The notes below the pieces were generated by a model. The model was not told the DNA's origin, did not search any database, and was given only the letters and a program-made list of their open reading frames with translations. Shown in pieces: positions 48,105 to 57,716 of a stretch of 64,000 nucleotides of DNA. Numbering within the stretch: the stretch's first letter is position 1; the number at the start of each line of letters is the position of its first letter. This DNA is from Escherichia coli (GTDB taxonomy: Bacteria; Pseudomonadota; Gammaproteobacteria; Enterobacterales; Enterobacteriaceae), in the NCBI RefSeq assembly GCF_051903065.1, contig NZ_CP178438.1; one strand, 5' to 3'. The position numbers and the translations under genes were made by a program.

Positions 48105-50705
48105 ATGAGCAATAATTTGCAGGACATCCTCGCTGCCGCCTCGGGGTATCAGTCCGTGACTTCAGAGCCAGCGTTCAATCGTAAAAGACCTAAAACGCTT
48201 GATGATTATCCTGTGATACCACCTGCATCAAAAAAAGTATCTGTTATTTCAAGTGACCTGACACTCCATATCGGTTTTGATACCGAATATGTTTTCAACC
48301 CTGAAACACGACAGAATGATATTCTGTCATATCAGAGTTATGTTGTCTTACCCGATAATACAGGTATATCGAACATTATCTATCCACCTGACTCACAGAA
48401 AAAATCCCGGCTGTCTTTTAAGGAATTTCTCTGTCAAACGATTACACCGCTTCTTGAAACGGGTGTGATTACAAAATGGCCCGGTATTATTAATATATAT
48501 GCGCATTTCATTCGTGCGGATATCGCCTCCTTTGCCAATTTCTGGTCAGACTACAAAATTCTTCTGAAAGGAATACGCGGTACTGTCAGCAGCTTCAAAA
48601 ATCGTTACGGTATCGATTTTGATGAACAGCAGGAACGTCGCGTAAAGACTGAACAGATAATGTTTGACAAACGAACTTCCCCTCCGCGTTGCAGTAACGT
48701 AGCTTTCATCGATACACTGCTTATCACTCCCGGGGGTATGGGTCTGGCTGAATGTGGTGAATTACTGGGTCTTCCCAAACTCACCATTCCTGCACCTTAT
48801 TCCATAACCAATATGCGTGAATATCTTCTGGGCGACAGAGCAGGGTTTGAAGCCTATGCTCTGCGGGATGCCGAGATTGCGGTTCGTTATGCTTTACAGG
48901 TTCGCAATTTTTGCGCCCGGGAGCTGATGATTGATCGTGTCCCCGCCACCATCGGGGCGATGGCAGTTTCACGGTTCACCAAAACACTTAAAGAAAACAA
49001 TATGTCTCCTGAAGTCTGCCTTGGGACACACATTAAAACCCGTGAACTCTGGCTCACGGAGAAACAGGCATTCCGGACGATTAAAAACCCCGCCAGTGTT
49101 CCTTCAAGAGAGTTGTTTGAAACGTTCCCGATCAACTGTTACCACGGCGGACGCAATGAGTGTTTTATGATGGGGGTTACACCGTCTGATCACTGGTATG
49201 ACTACGATCTGGCTGGAGCGTATACCACCGGGCTATTAGATATCCTCACACCCGATTACGGGAACATCCGCCTCAGTAAAAATCCGGACGATTACTGTGG
49301 GCATGTAATGGGATTTGCGCTTGTCACATTTCGGTTCCCGGAATCAGTTCCCTATCCCAGCCTGCCGGTTCGGACCGATCAATATGGGTTATTCTTTCCA
49401 TTAAGTGGCGAATCATGGGCAACGGCACCTGAAATCGAACTTGCTCTGTCGCTCGGGGCAGAGATGACGATCCATAATGGGATCATCGTCCCCTGGATCT
49501 GTGACACCTCCCCACATAACAGCGAATCAACATCGGTGTTTCTTCCCTTTGTTCAACAGGTCCGTGAGAACCGTAATCGCCATATTAAAGGTTCTCTGGA
49601 GGAGAAATTCTGGAAAGAAATTGGCAACTCGCTTTATGGCAAACTTGCTCAGGGCCTTCGCGCCAAAACCGCCTTTGATACTGCCCGTGGATTAAACAGA
49701 TCCCTCCCACCATCATCGGTTACTCAGCCATTCTTTGCTGCGCATGTGACGGGATTTATCCGCGCCGTTGTCGGGGAACTCATGAATGCTTTGCCTTCTG
49801 ATTCATCGGTTGTCAGCGTCACAACCGATGGTTTTTTGACAAATTGCCCACTTGACAAGATAAACATGAGCGGTCCACTGTCTTCCCGCTTCCAGTCGCT
49901 GTGCGATATTGTTGATCCGGGTTCATCAATGTTGACATGTAAGCATGAGGTCAGCCAGCTTATCGCCATGAAAACCCGGGGGCAGTTAACCTATAGAGCT
50001 ATTCAGGGAAAACCTGTTGTTCATGCCAGGGCTGGCGTCAAACCTCCTGCCGATATTCCACGCAGTGACTATAACGACTATATGGTAGATCTTTACCTTA
50101 ATCGTTTACCCGGTCAGACGTTATCCCGAAGTACGTTGATATCAACGCGTGAGATGTGGCTCTCGGAAAGCGATCTGGTATCCCGGGAACAGGATATCCG
50201 TCTTAATCTGGAATTCGATTTCAAACGCCAGCCCGTACAGCCCGCCATGAATGAAGGGCATTTACTGATGTTTTCCCGCCCGTGGGATAATATGGAAGAG
50301 GCTCTGCAGCAACGCTCTCTTTTCGACGACTGGCGGCAAACGCATACACTGAAGACCCTGGCTGACTGGGATGACTGGTGTGATTTTCTCTATTGCCGGA
50401 CGGTGTTTTCTGATATGAAACTAAAAGTCGGAAGCAAACGTAGTGATGATATTTTAGTCAGACTATTTCTCCGGGCGCTGACTCAGTGCCAATGGGGGCT
50501 GATGCTGAAAGATAAAAAAAGTTATTCCTGTAAAGAGGTTGCTGAATGGCTGACGTCAGAAGGCTATTCAGTAACGGTGACTGATGTAAAAAATGCGGTA
50601 AGAGCAAAAATACCCCAAATGAAATTTAGTTCTGTAACACCGCGAATGAAGTCACTGATGGATATCATAGCCCGTAAATATCCGACATTCTGTCTTCCAG
50701 TCTGA
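48105..50705 (+). CDS. family-B DNA polymerase with piPolB-like motifs (pipolin primer-independent PolB)
   Basis: Exo I in LHIGFDTEYVF; YALRD (Exo III-like); KTRG in AMKTRGQLTY; motif B KEIGNSLYGKLAQ; motif C SVTTDGFL; RBS ggag before ATG 48105. Confidence 0.8.
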   Translation: MSNNLQDILAAASGYQSVTSEPAFNRKRPKTLDDYPVIPPASKKVSVISSDLTLHIGFDTEYVFNPETRQNDILSYQSYVVLPDNTGISNIIYPPDSQKKSRLSFKEFLCQTITPLLETGVITKWPGIINIYAHFIRADIASFANFWSDYKILLKGIRGTVSSFKNRYGIDFDEQQERRVKTEQIMFDKRTSPPRCSNVAFIDTLLITPGGMGLAECGELLGLPKLTIPAPYSITNMREYLLGDRAGFEAYALRDAEIAVRYALQVRNFCARELMIDRVPATIGAMAVSRFTKTLKENNMSPEVCLGTHIKTRELWLTEKQAFRTIKNPASVPSRELFETFPINCYHGGRNECFMMGVTPSDHWYDYDLAGAYTTGLLDILTPDYGNIRLSKNPDDYCGHVMGFALVTFRFPESVPYPSLPVRTDQYGLFFPLSGESWATAPEIELALSLGAEMTIHNGIIVPWICDTSPHNSESTSVFLPFVQQVRENRNRHIKGSLEEKFWKEIGNSLYGKLAQGLRAKTAFDTARGLNRSLPPSSVTQPFFAAHVTGFIRAVVGELMNALPSDSSVVSVTTDGFLTNCPLDKINMSGPLSSRFQSLCDIVDPGSSMLTCKHEVSQLIAMKTRGQLTYRAIQGKPVVHARAGVKPPADIPRSDYNDYMVDLYLNRLPGQTLSRSTLISTREMWLSESDLVSREQDIRLNLEFDFKRQPVQPAMNEGHLLMFSRPWDNMEEALQQRSLFDDWRQTHTLKTLADWDDWCDFLYCRTVFSDMKLKVGSKRSDDILVRLFLRALTQCQWGLMLKDKKSYSCKEVAEWLTSEGYSVTVTDVKNAVRAKIPQMKFSSVTPRMKSLMDIIARKYPTFCLPV

Positions 50706-50753
50706 TAACCGTTAAATCTCCCCCAACTCCTTTAACAGAAGTTGGGGGCTTAA

Positions 50754-51080
50754 TCACAGGCAATCGGCATCAAAACAGTGAAATAACTGCCGCGCGTCAG
50801 GATGGCCATTTACATGATAGATCCGCATGGCATGACAGGTGATACTCTGGAGATTAGCCGCCAGCCTTTTCCCCATATTCACCAGTATGCCGTGTGGTAT
50901 TTTACTGCTTGTACTGTTTACTGTCAGAGTAAAACAATTTGTTTCAACGCTGACCTCAATAAAATCATTTCCAAATAATGTACCGACAACCTGCCTGATT
51001 GTTTCTTCATAATCTGTCAGATCAATGACATCACGCCATCTCGCATTTACGAGTTGATACTTTCTGATATGTAAATACAT
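50754..51080 (-). CDS. hypothetical protein (108 aa)
   Basis: ORF MYLHIRKYQLVNARWRDVIDLTDYEETIRQ; divergent from the WYL regulator gene; no recognisable motif. Confidence 0.45.
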   Translation of the reverse strand: MYLHIRKYQLVNARWRDVIDLTDYEETIRQVVGTLFGNDFIEVSVETNCFTLTVNSTSSKIPHGILVNMGKRLAANLQSITCHAMRIYHVNGHPDARQLFHCFDADCL

Positions 51081-51299
51081 AGAACCACCTTTATGTTATT
51101 TCAACTAATATGATGTTCTCCGATATTATGAAAATATTAATCATCATTGTAATTGCTGATAACCTCTCTAACCTTCGGATCTTACGTTCCCCCCTGCCTC
51201 TCCGACTTGATGGCAAAAGTGCATGGTCAAATATGCAGCAAAAACATGTCATGTACAGGTCAGGATAATAATTATCACCCTGAACTTAAAAATACACAT

Positions 51300-51410
51300 G
51301 GACAGGATGAGTCCACATGTTATTCGATGATTCCAGCAATGTTTTAATATATTGATAATTAATGAGTTAATTTTTTTCTCCGTCACAGTAAAAGTGGACT
51401 CATCCTGTCC
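51300..51410. promoter_or_regulatory. perfect 17-bp inverted repeat pair, candidate operator in the divergent promoter region upstream of the WYL regulator
   Basis: ggacaggatgagtccac at 51300-51316 and its reverse complement gtggactcatcctgtcc at 51394-51410, spaced by 77 bp of AT-rich DNA, 50 bp before the ATG at 51460. Confidence 0.5.
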
Positions 51411-51459
51411 GTTACTTTGCTGAAAATATCCTCTTCGCTGGCATTAACCGGATAAACGA

Positions 51460-52362
51460 ATGGGTAAGCACGATAAACTTGGATATCGACTCGGATTGAT
51501 ATTAACTCGCCTGAACAATGGTGAGTCACTAGCCGTCCGGGAGTTATCTGAGGAATTTAACGTTTGCGAAAAAACTATCCGTCGCGATCTTACTCAGCGC
51601 CTGTCCTATCTTAATCTGATTCGACAAAATGGTCGCTATCGCCTGTCTGACGGTGTTCTCGGTCAACGCAGCAATGCTGATTTACGTCATTTCACGCGCA
51701 TCCTGGGTATTGAAGGGCTGTTCCCTCGCTGGGATGACAGACTACTGAGTATTTTGTTAGGTAACACGAAAAATAACCCGTTTCTGATAAAACAACGTCC
51801 ATACGAAAACTGCGGATCATTCATGTCAATTCTGAATGTATTATCCGATGCCATCCTGTCACAGAAGAAAGTAAATTTTAATTACAAAGATAAAGAGTTT
51901 CGGGCTGTTGAGCCATACAGACTGGTTAATGACAACGGATTGTGGTATCTCGCTGCCGCCCATGACAGTACATTAAAAAGCTTTGTTATCTCATCTGTCA
52001 AAGACGTTTGCATGAGTAATATCTCTTTCAGGATAATCCCCGAAATTAATGAAAAAATAGAAAAGACAGATGGTATCTGGTATAGCGAAGACCTTATCGA
52101 AGTTCTCATTTCAGTTTCCGCACATGTTGCTCCGTGGTTTACCCACCGTCATCTATTGCCAGGACAGGAAATAATTCATACTTCCCGGTCTGGCGATTTA
52201 CTGGTGATATCACGTGTAACACACACAGATCAGATAATGCCTTTAATGAAATACTGGATACCGGATGTCGAAGTAATACAACCGGCCTCAATCCGTCAAC
52301 AACTTGCTGAAGATATACAATCCGCACTGAAACGTTACACCCAGCCAAGTAACGCCCCGTAA
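51460..52362 (+). CDS. HTH plus WYL-domain transcriptional regulator (BrxR/CapW-like)
   Basis: 300-aa ORF; N-terminal [37 protein letters not shown]; WYL motif in [13 protein letters not shown]. Confidence 0.75.
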   Translation: MGKHDKLGYRLGLILTRLNNGESLAVRELSEEFNVCEKTIRRDLTQRLSYLNLIRQNGRYRLSDGVLGQRSNADLRHFTRILGIEGLFPRWDDRLLSILLGNTKNNPFLIKQRPYENCGSFMSILNVLSDAILSQKKVNFNYKDKEFRAVEPYRLVNDNGLWYLAAAHDSTLKSFVISSVKDVCMSNISFRIIPEINEKIEKTDGIWYSEDLIEVLISVSAHVAPWFTHRHLLPGQEIIHTSRSGDLLVISRVTHTDQIMPLMKYWIPDVEVIQPASIRQQLAEDIQSALKRYTQPSNAP

Positions 52363-52423
52363 TGACACGGATAATATAATTTTCATTAAGTGCTATTTTT
52401 ATAAGCTAAAAAATGGAGTTACC

Positions 52424-53242
52424 ATGAAAAAATGCCCGGTTCTTCTTGTTGTATCAGGGTTTCTGACCGAAAATGATATATCATGGTTTAACCGAATTAA
52501 AGCAGGGTGTGGCCTTGATGTCAGATACTATAAATGGGAATCGGCAAATCTACTATCCATATTAAGTTCTGACATAGCGAACAAGTGGGGGTTATATACT
52601 CTCTTCCCCCTGAGAACATCTCCTTTATTGTCATCAATCTCCATTCCATTTAAAGCGCGTCAGGCCTGGTATAATGCAACGAAAGCAGCAGTTAATAACA
52701 GAGAAAAATTAGCACACGTAATAAACGAGATATACGTTAAAGAAAAGCGTAATGTGATCATAATGGGTCATTCTTTAGGGACTCGATTAATAAACAATAC
52801 ATTACCCTATATAAAAAATGATAATATTCTCTTAACAATCTCTATGGCCGGAGCCACCCCAATAACAAGTTATACAGAGAACATAATGAAAATGGCTTAC
52901 GGTTCAAAAATGGGGCATTTAAATATCTACAGTGAACATGATAAAGTACTTAACACGATATACCCTCTCGTAGAGTCAGTAACGCCAATTGGGGTTCGGG
53001 AGGTGAGATTCAGACCTGCTCGGGTGATCAACTGGAAGTGGGATATTGGTCACACTGAATATATTACTTCAAACAGGATTGATTCATTAACACACTGGTT
53101 AAATGTTACCTGTGCCGATTTAGCTGATCCAGCCGTAGAAATCACTGACGACGACATGAAATCATTTCATGATATTATTAATCTTGCGAATTTAACATGT
53201 CATAAAAACACTGTCGCACCTAAATTAATATCATTTGAGTAG
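52424..53242 (+). CDS. alpha/beta-hydrolase-fold serine hydrolase (esterase/lipase-like), function unknown
   Basis: 272-aa ORF; nucleophile elbow GHSLG in VIIMGHSLGTRL; candidate triad Asp in SEHDKV and His in DIGHTEY; 61 bp downstream of the WYL gene. Confidence 0.65.
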   Translation: MKKCPVLLVVSGFLTENDISWFNRIKAGCGLDVRYYKWESANLLSILSSDIANKWGLYTLFPLRTSPLLSSISIPFKARQAWYNATKAAVNNREKLAHVINEIYVKEKRNVIIMGHSLGTRLINNTLPYIKNDNILLTISMAGATPITSYTENIMKMAYGSKMGHLNIYSEHDKVLNTIYPLVESVTPIGVREVRFRPARVINWKWDIGHTEYITSNRIDSLTHWLNVTCADLADPAVEITDDDMKSFHDIINLANLTCHKNTVAPKLISFE

Positions 53243-53317
53243 TTAAAAAAAGGTTGCATTATAACGGGAGTGTATATTTACTCCCGTTAAGTTTCATATT
53301 TTATAGAATTGATATGG

Positions 53318-54085
53318 GGTGATGCTGCCAACTTACTGATTTAGTGTATGATGGTGTTTTTGAGGTGCTCCAGTGGCTTCTGTTTCTATCAGCTGTCCCT
53401 CCTGTTCAGCTACTGAAGGCGTGGTGCGTAACGGTAAAAGTACTGCCGGACATCAGCGCTATCTCTGCTCTCACTGCCGTAAAACATGGCAACTGCAGTT
53501 CACTTACACCGCTTCTCAACCCGGTACGCACCAGAAAATCATTGATATGGCCATGAATGGCGTTGGATGCCGGGCAACCGCCCGCATTATGAGCGTTGGC
53601 CTCAACACGATTTTCCGCCATTTAAAAAACTCAGGCCGCAGTCGGTAACCTCGCGCATACAGCCGGGCAGTGACGTCATCGTCTGCGCGGAAATGGACGA
53701 ACAGTGGGGCTATGTCGGGGCTAAATCGCGCCAGCGCTGGCTGTTTTACGCGTATGACAGGCTCCGGAAGACGGTTGTTGCGCACGTATTCGGTGAACGC
53801 ACTATGGCGACGCTGGGGCGTCTTATGAGCCTGCTGTCACCCTTTGACGTGGTGATATGGATGACGGATGGCTGGCCGCTGTATGAATCCCGCCTGAAGG
53901 GAAAGCTGCACGTAATCAGCAAGCGATATACGCAGCGAATTGAGCGGCATAACCTGAATCTGAGGCAGCACCTGGCACGGCTGGGACGGAAGTCGCTGTC
54001 GTTCTCAAAATCGGTGGAGCTGCATGACAAAGTCATCGGGCATTATCTGAACATAAAACACTATCAATAAGTTGGAGTCATTACC
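53318..54085 (+). mobile_element. insAB: IS1 copy (768 bp; insA 53373-53648, insB frame 53567-54070) with 9-bp target-site duplication
   Basis: IS1 terminal repeats; TSD ttgatatgg at 53309-53317 and 54086-54094; InsA differs from copy 1 at a few residues. Confidence 0.95.
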
Positions 54086-54100
54086 TTGATATGGATTCGA

Positions 54101-54328
54101 TTAAAAATTTCGTCTAACTCGTTCCCTTATCAAACTTGCCAGCCTTACCCTTCCAGGTGAAATAGTTTCCGTTACAGTTTCAACTCTCAACAAATCACGC
54201 TGTCCGGTTCGGCGACTGACCGCGAAACGCTGACATATATCATTAACCGATACCGTATTACCGGTATACAGTTGAAGTAATATCCAGCACAGCCTTTCTG
54301 CGATCCTTTCACCGCGAGTTTTATACAT
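54101..54328 (-). CDS. small HTH protein (75 aa) resembling the N-terminal HTH of WYL/DeoR-type regulators
   Basis: ERLCWILLQLYTGNTVSVNDICQRFAVSRRTGQRDL parallels the HTH of the 51460 regulator; natural stop 7 bp from the IS1 TSD. Confidence 0.4.
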   Translation of the reverse strand: MYKTRGERIAERLCWILLQLYTGNTVSVNDICQRFAVSRRTGQRDLLRVETVTETISPGRVRLASLIRERVRRNF

Positions 54329-54629
54329 CTGTAAAACCTTCAGTTATCGTCAACGATGACATAGCCCACCTCAAAACCCACATAACTGACTGTATTCATG
54401 AACATTTATTACCGGTGTAATACTGTCGTTGGGGTAATGGATTAACCGTTATCACCCTGCTACAGGAGAATGCTCCATAGGGGGCAAAAACCACGAGGGA
54501 TCTGAGATCCCCCGTGTCTGCACTTGTTTATGCGAACAGCCAGGAAAAAGAGACATCATCTCCATGCTGTGATGCACGCCACATGCAGTAGATTACAAAG
54601 CCGCCCGCTTTCTTCCTGTTCATAACGGG

Positions 54630-55064
54630 TCAACAACTTTCCACAGTTACCGTTACCCGGTAAATCCCCATAGAGAGATACTCCATAAAATTACGCTCCC
54701 ACAGGGACCAGAGTTCATTCCTCTCTGCTGCCAGTGAAATATCCCCAATCAGATAATGGAATACATAATTCCCCGACCAGCAAAAATCAATTTCTTTTTC
54801 CAGCTCAGGGTAGACACGCCCCATATAACTAAAATCTGTGACATAATCAAAATACCATTCATTATTCTTACGGATAAACCGTATTTCAACGGGATGAAAG
54901 CCCCCGGATTCTGCACTGTAGTCCGGATCACGGAAATTAATAACCACTGCCTCAGTTATTTTTTGTAAAACCTGATTTGCCAGAAGAGTAGTAATATGCT
55001 GCTGAAATTCTTTAGTAACAGGCAGAGTTAATCCTGCCTGTTTTAAGGCATATTGGGTTTGCAT
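54630..55064 (-). CDS. hypothetical protein (144 aa)
   Basis: ORF MQTQYALKQAGLTLPVTKEFQQHITTLLANQ; co-oriented with the integrase-proximal small genes. Confidence 0.5.
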   Translation of the reverse strand: MQTQYALKQAGLTLPVTKEFQQHITTLLANQVLQKITEAVVINFRDPDYSAESGGFHPVEIRFIRKNNEWYFDYVTDFSYMGRVYPELEKEIDFCWSGNYVFHYLIGDISLAAERNELWSLWERNFMEYLSMGIYRVTVTVESC

Positions 55065-55136
55065 AATAAATTTTCCTTTAGAAAGTAAATAGCGGTGTGT
55101 GGTGATTTCTGGTTGTATAACAGTGCAGGAAATAAA

Positions 55137-55670
55137 TTAATCCTCTGTAATCTTTTCCTGGCTACTGATCGTATTAAGTTTATTCAACCGCTCCCTCCAG
55201 TCCGGGTATAATACATGAGTAAATAACTTCTCTGGATGTGCCTCCAGCAGACATATATCCGGGGAGCGTAAAACAGCAGCCAGAAAACCTGCATTGTTGG
55301 CGCTTGCCCCTTTGAATAGCGGCCTGAATACTCCGGATGAGAAGCCGGTAGCAGGTTGTGTTTCCAGAACGGTTGCAATCTTTGAAAGTGAGATCCAGTC
55401 CTTAGAGAACAACCCTCCACAGCCATTTGCCACCAGACGAAGATAAAGTTCATTGTCCACCTCTGATATCGCCAGTTGCCATGTCAGCATACCACTTGCC
55501 TTAGGACTGATTTTTTCTGCCTGGCCTGTTTCAATGAGCAACTGATAGTCTTTTACATCAGATAATGTTTGTTCATCTGCACTGAGATTTTCATGAATAA
55601 CCTCTGCCTCATTTTTAATCTCCTTCGAAACTGACTCAACATTATTTTTAACTAATTTTGATTTACTCAT
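55137..55670 (-). CDS. hypothetical protein (177 aa)
   Basis: ORF MSKSKLVKNNVESVSKEIKNEAEVIHENLSADEQ; no recognisable motif. Confidence 0.5.
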   Translation of the reverse strand: MSKSKLVKNNVESVSKEIKNEAEVIHENLSADEQTLSDVKDYQLLIETGQAEKISPKASGMLTWQLAISEVDNELYLRLVANGCGGLFSKDWISLSKIATVLETQPATGFSSGVFRPLFKGASANNAGFLAAVLRSPDICLLEAHPEKLFTHVLYPDWRERLNKLNTISSQEKITED

Positions 55671-55695
55671 TTTGCGTTCCTGGTTTTGCTTGTGT

Positions 55696-56067
55696 TTAAT
55701 AGCGTGATTCGGCCATAGAAATTAATAAATCAATACCCTTCAGAGGGCAATCGGGGTGAAATAACAGATAAATACCGTTCCCGTTATCTTCCGTAACAGA
55801 AAGCATCAGGTAATAGTCATCTGTCAGACGGACTACAAATTCTGGATTTGCAATTAACTGATGAATCACATTTAATACCTGCGCTTTAATATCTTCAGGT
55901 ACATCATCGGGCTCGACATATATTAATGTCACCCCGACTTCATCCCAGAAACTCATTGCAGAGTATTCATCTTCAAATGGGAGTACCAGCTCTGTTTTCA
56001 ACAGACTCATTACTGACTCCGGAAGAGATAGTGATGGCAGACTTTGCCAGTTAGCGATAAACTTCAT
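55696..56067 (-). CDS. hypothetical acidic protein (123 aa)
   Basis: ORF MKFIANWQSLPSLSLPESVMSLLKTELVLPFEDEY; Asp/Glu-rich. Confidence 0.5.
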   Translation of the reverse strand: MKFIANWQSLPSLSLPESVMSLLKTELVLPFEDEYSAMSFWDEVGVTLIYVEPDDVPEDIKAQVLNVIHQLIANPEFVVRLTDDYYLMLSVTEDNGNGIYLLFHPDCPLKGIDLLISMAESRY

Positions 56068-56163
56068 TGTTCAATCCTTATAAGTAAAAAACCCCGATAC
56101 AATTAACGTATCGGGGTTTTTATACATGCGCATAACTATTATTTACAGTTATTGGTTTTCTAT

Positions 56164-56406
56164 TTAAATTCTTTCATAATATCCACAGTCCATACAGATA
56201 AGAACTGGAGCATTATTCCTTTCACACTGTTCAAGGAATCCAAATAGTTTTTTAATAGCCTTAATAATTTCTTTCAGTATTTCAGGTAAAAACTCCAGGC
56301 TAATATACCCAGAGCGTTTATTATCGGTTATTGATGGCAGTTTTCCTGCTGAACTTATCAATGTATTACAACTGCCACACTGTGGGCATTTTAAATGCAT
56401 CCTCAT
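56164..56406 (-). CDS. hypothetical zinc-ribbon protein (80 aa)
   Basis: Two CxxC pairs: CPQCGSC near the N-terminus and CMDCGYY near the C-terminus. Confidence 0.5.
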   Translation of the reverse strand: MRMHLKCPQCGSCNTLISSAGKLPSITDNKRSGYISLEFLPEILKEIIKAIKKLFGFLEQCERNNAPVLICMDCGYYERI

Positions 56407-56436
56407 TCTCCATATTTATAGTTTGCTAAAAAGTAG

Positions 56437-57666
56437 TCACATCTGCTTCGTAGCCGCAGTATTCAGAAGCAGGTCAGTCACTCCCTGCCCTGTCTGACGC
56501 ATACGTTCCGGTGTTAATTTCGCGTAACGTTCTGTACTCTGAATACTGGCATGCGCCAGTTGGGCTTTAACGTCATACAGGCTGAATTGACCACTCGAAA
56601 CCAGTAAAGAGGCAACAGAATGACGTGTGGTGTGAAAACAGACTTCATTCTTGTCTATACCGCACTGTGCCAGTATTTTTTCATATGCCCATCGGGGTTC
56701 CGATATCGGTTTTCCATTATCCTTAATGGCGAACAGATACGGATTACTGCCAACTCGTGGGATAGCATCAATAATCGATAATGCGGCATCGCTTAGATAT
56801 ACCGTCCGACTGCGACCATTTTTTGTATAAGGAATGAACAGAGTACGATTGGCCCGGTCGATATGTTCATGCCTGACATTAAGCATTTCTGATTTGCGTG
56901 TACCGGTTAACAACAACATGGCTATCAATCCCCCGGCAGCTTTGTTGGGATATTGGGTAGCAGCGTCAAGAATGCGCCTGATCTCATCAGCATCAAAAAA
57001 GCGCGTCCGCTGATTATTCTCTTTCAGTAAAGGGATCTTATCGGCTTCATTCTTTTCCAGCACATCCTGTCGCAACGCATAACGCCCCATCGTTTTCAGA
57101 ATAGCAAGGGCTCTGTTACAGGTAGACGGCGCATATTGCTGCCCGTGAATACGCCCCTCCAGCATGTCAAACAGCACCTGTTGTATCTCTCTGGCCCTGA
57201 GATCGCAGTAACGTATCTTTCCCAGACGAGGTTCAATGTATTGCGTGAAACGCTGAACATCCTTATCCCAGGACTTTTTATGGCGCTTGATGAACGGAAC
57301 ATAGGTCTGGTGAAAAAACTCACTAAGCGTTGGCATCGCACGATAATTATCGCGCTCTGCCTTGGGGTCATTTCCAAGTGCAATCGCCTCCTTATGACGG
57401 CGAGCTATCTGGCGAGCTGTCCCCACATCAATTTCAGGGAATCTGCCAATACTGATACTTTTTTTGGTACCGTGGAATGTGTAGCGCAGGAGGAAACGTT
57501 TGTTACCCGTTCGACCTGAGAGACATTTGAGGCCAATAACTTCGGTATCAGATACCTCAAGCTCTGTAGATCGGGTATCTGTGTTTGCCGGAAGGGCTTT
57601 GATGGATGAATTGGTGAATCGGAAGGATTTTTGCATATTTATCCTCATGTATCTGATTGATATCAT
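56437..57666 (-). CDS. tyrosine-type site-specific integrase (P4-like), next to the att/leuZ junction; start may be the internal Met at 57636
   Basis: 409-aa ORF; catalytic motifs LLTGTRKSEM, HTTRHSVASLL and ERYAKL. Confidence 0.88.
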   Translation of the reverse strand: MISIRYMRINMQKSFRFTNSSIKALPANTDTRSTELEVSDTEVIGLKCLSGRTGNKRFLLRYTFHGTKKSISIGRFPEIDVGTARQIARRHKEAIALGNDPKAERDNYRAMPTLSEFFHQTYVPFIKRHKKSWDKDVQRFTQYIEPRLGKIRYCDLRAREIQQVLFDMLEGRIHGQQYAPSTCNRALAILKTMGRYALRQDVLEKNEADKIPLLKENNQRTRFFDADEIRRILDAATQYPNKAAGGLIAMLLLTGTRKSEMLNVRHEHIDRANRTLFIPYTKNGRSRTVYLSDAALSIIDAIPRVGSNPYLFAIKDNGKPISEPRWAYEKILAQCGIDKNEVCFHTTRHSVASLLVSSGQFSLYDVKAQLAHASIQSTERYAKLTPERMRQTGQGVTDLLLNTAATKQM

Positions 57667-57716
57667 GAAAATAATATATATCTGAAGGTGTTTTTATTAC
57701 GGGGCAGGATTGAAGA

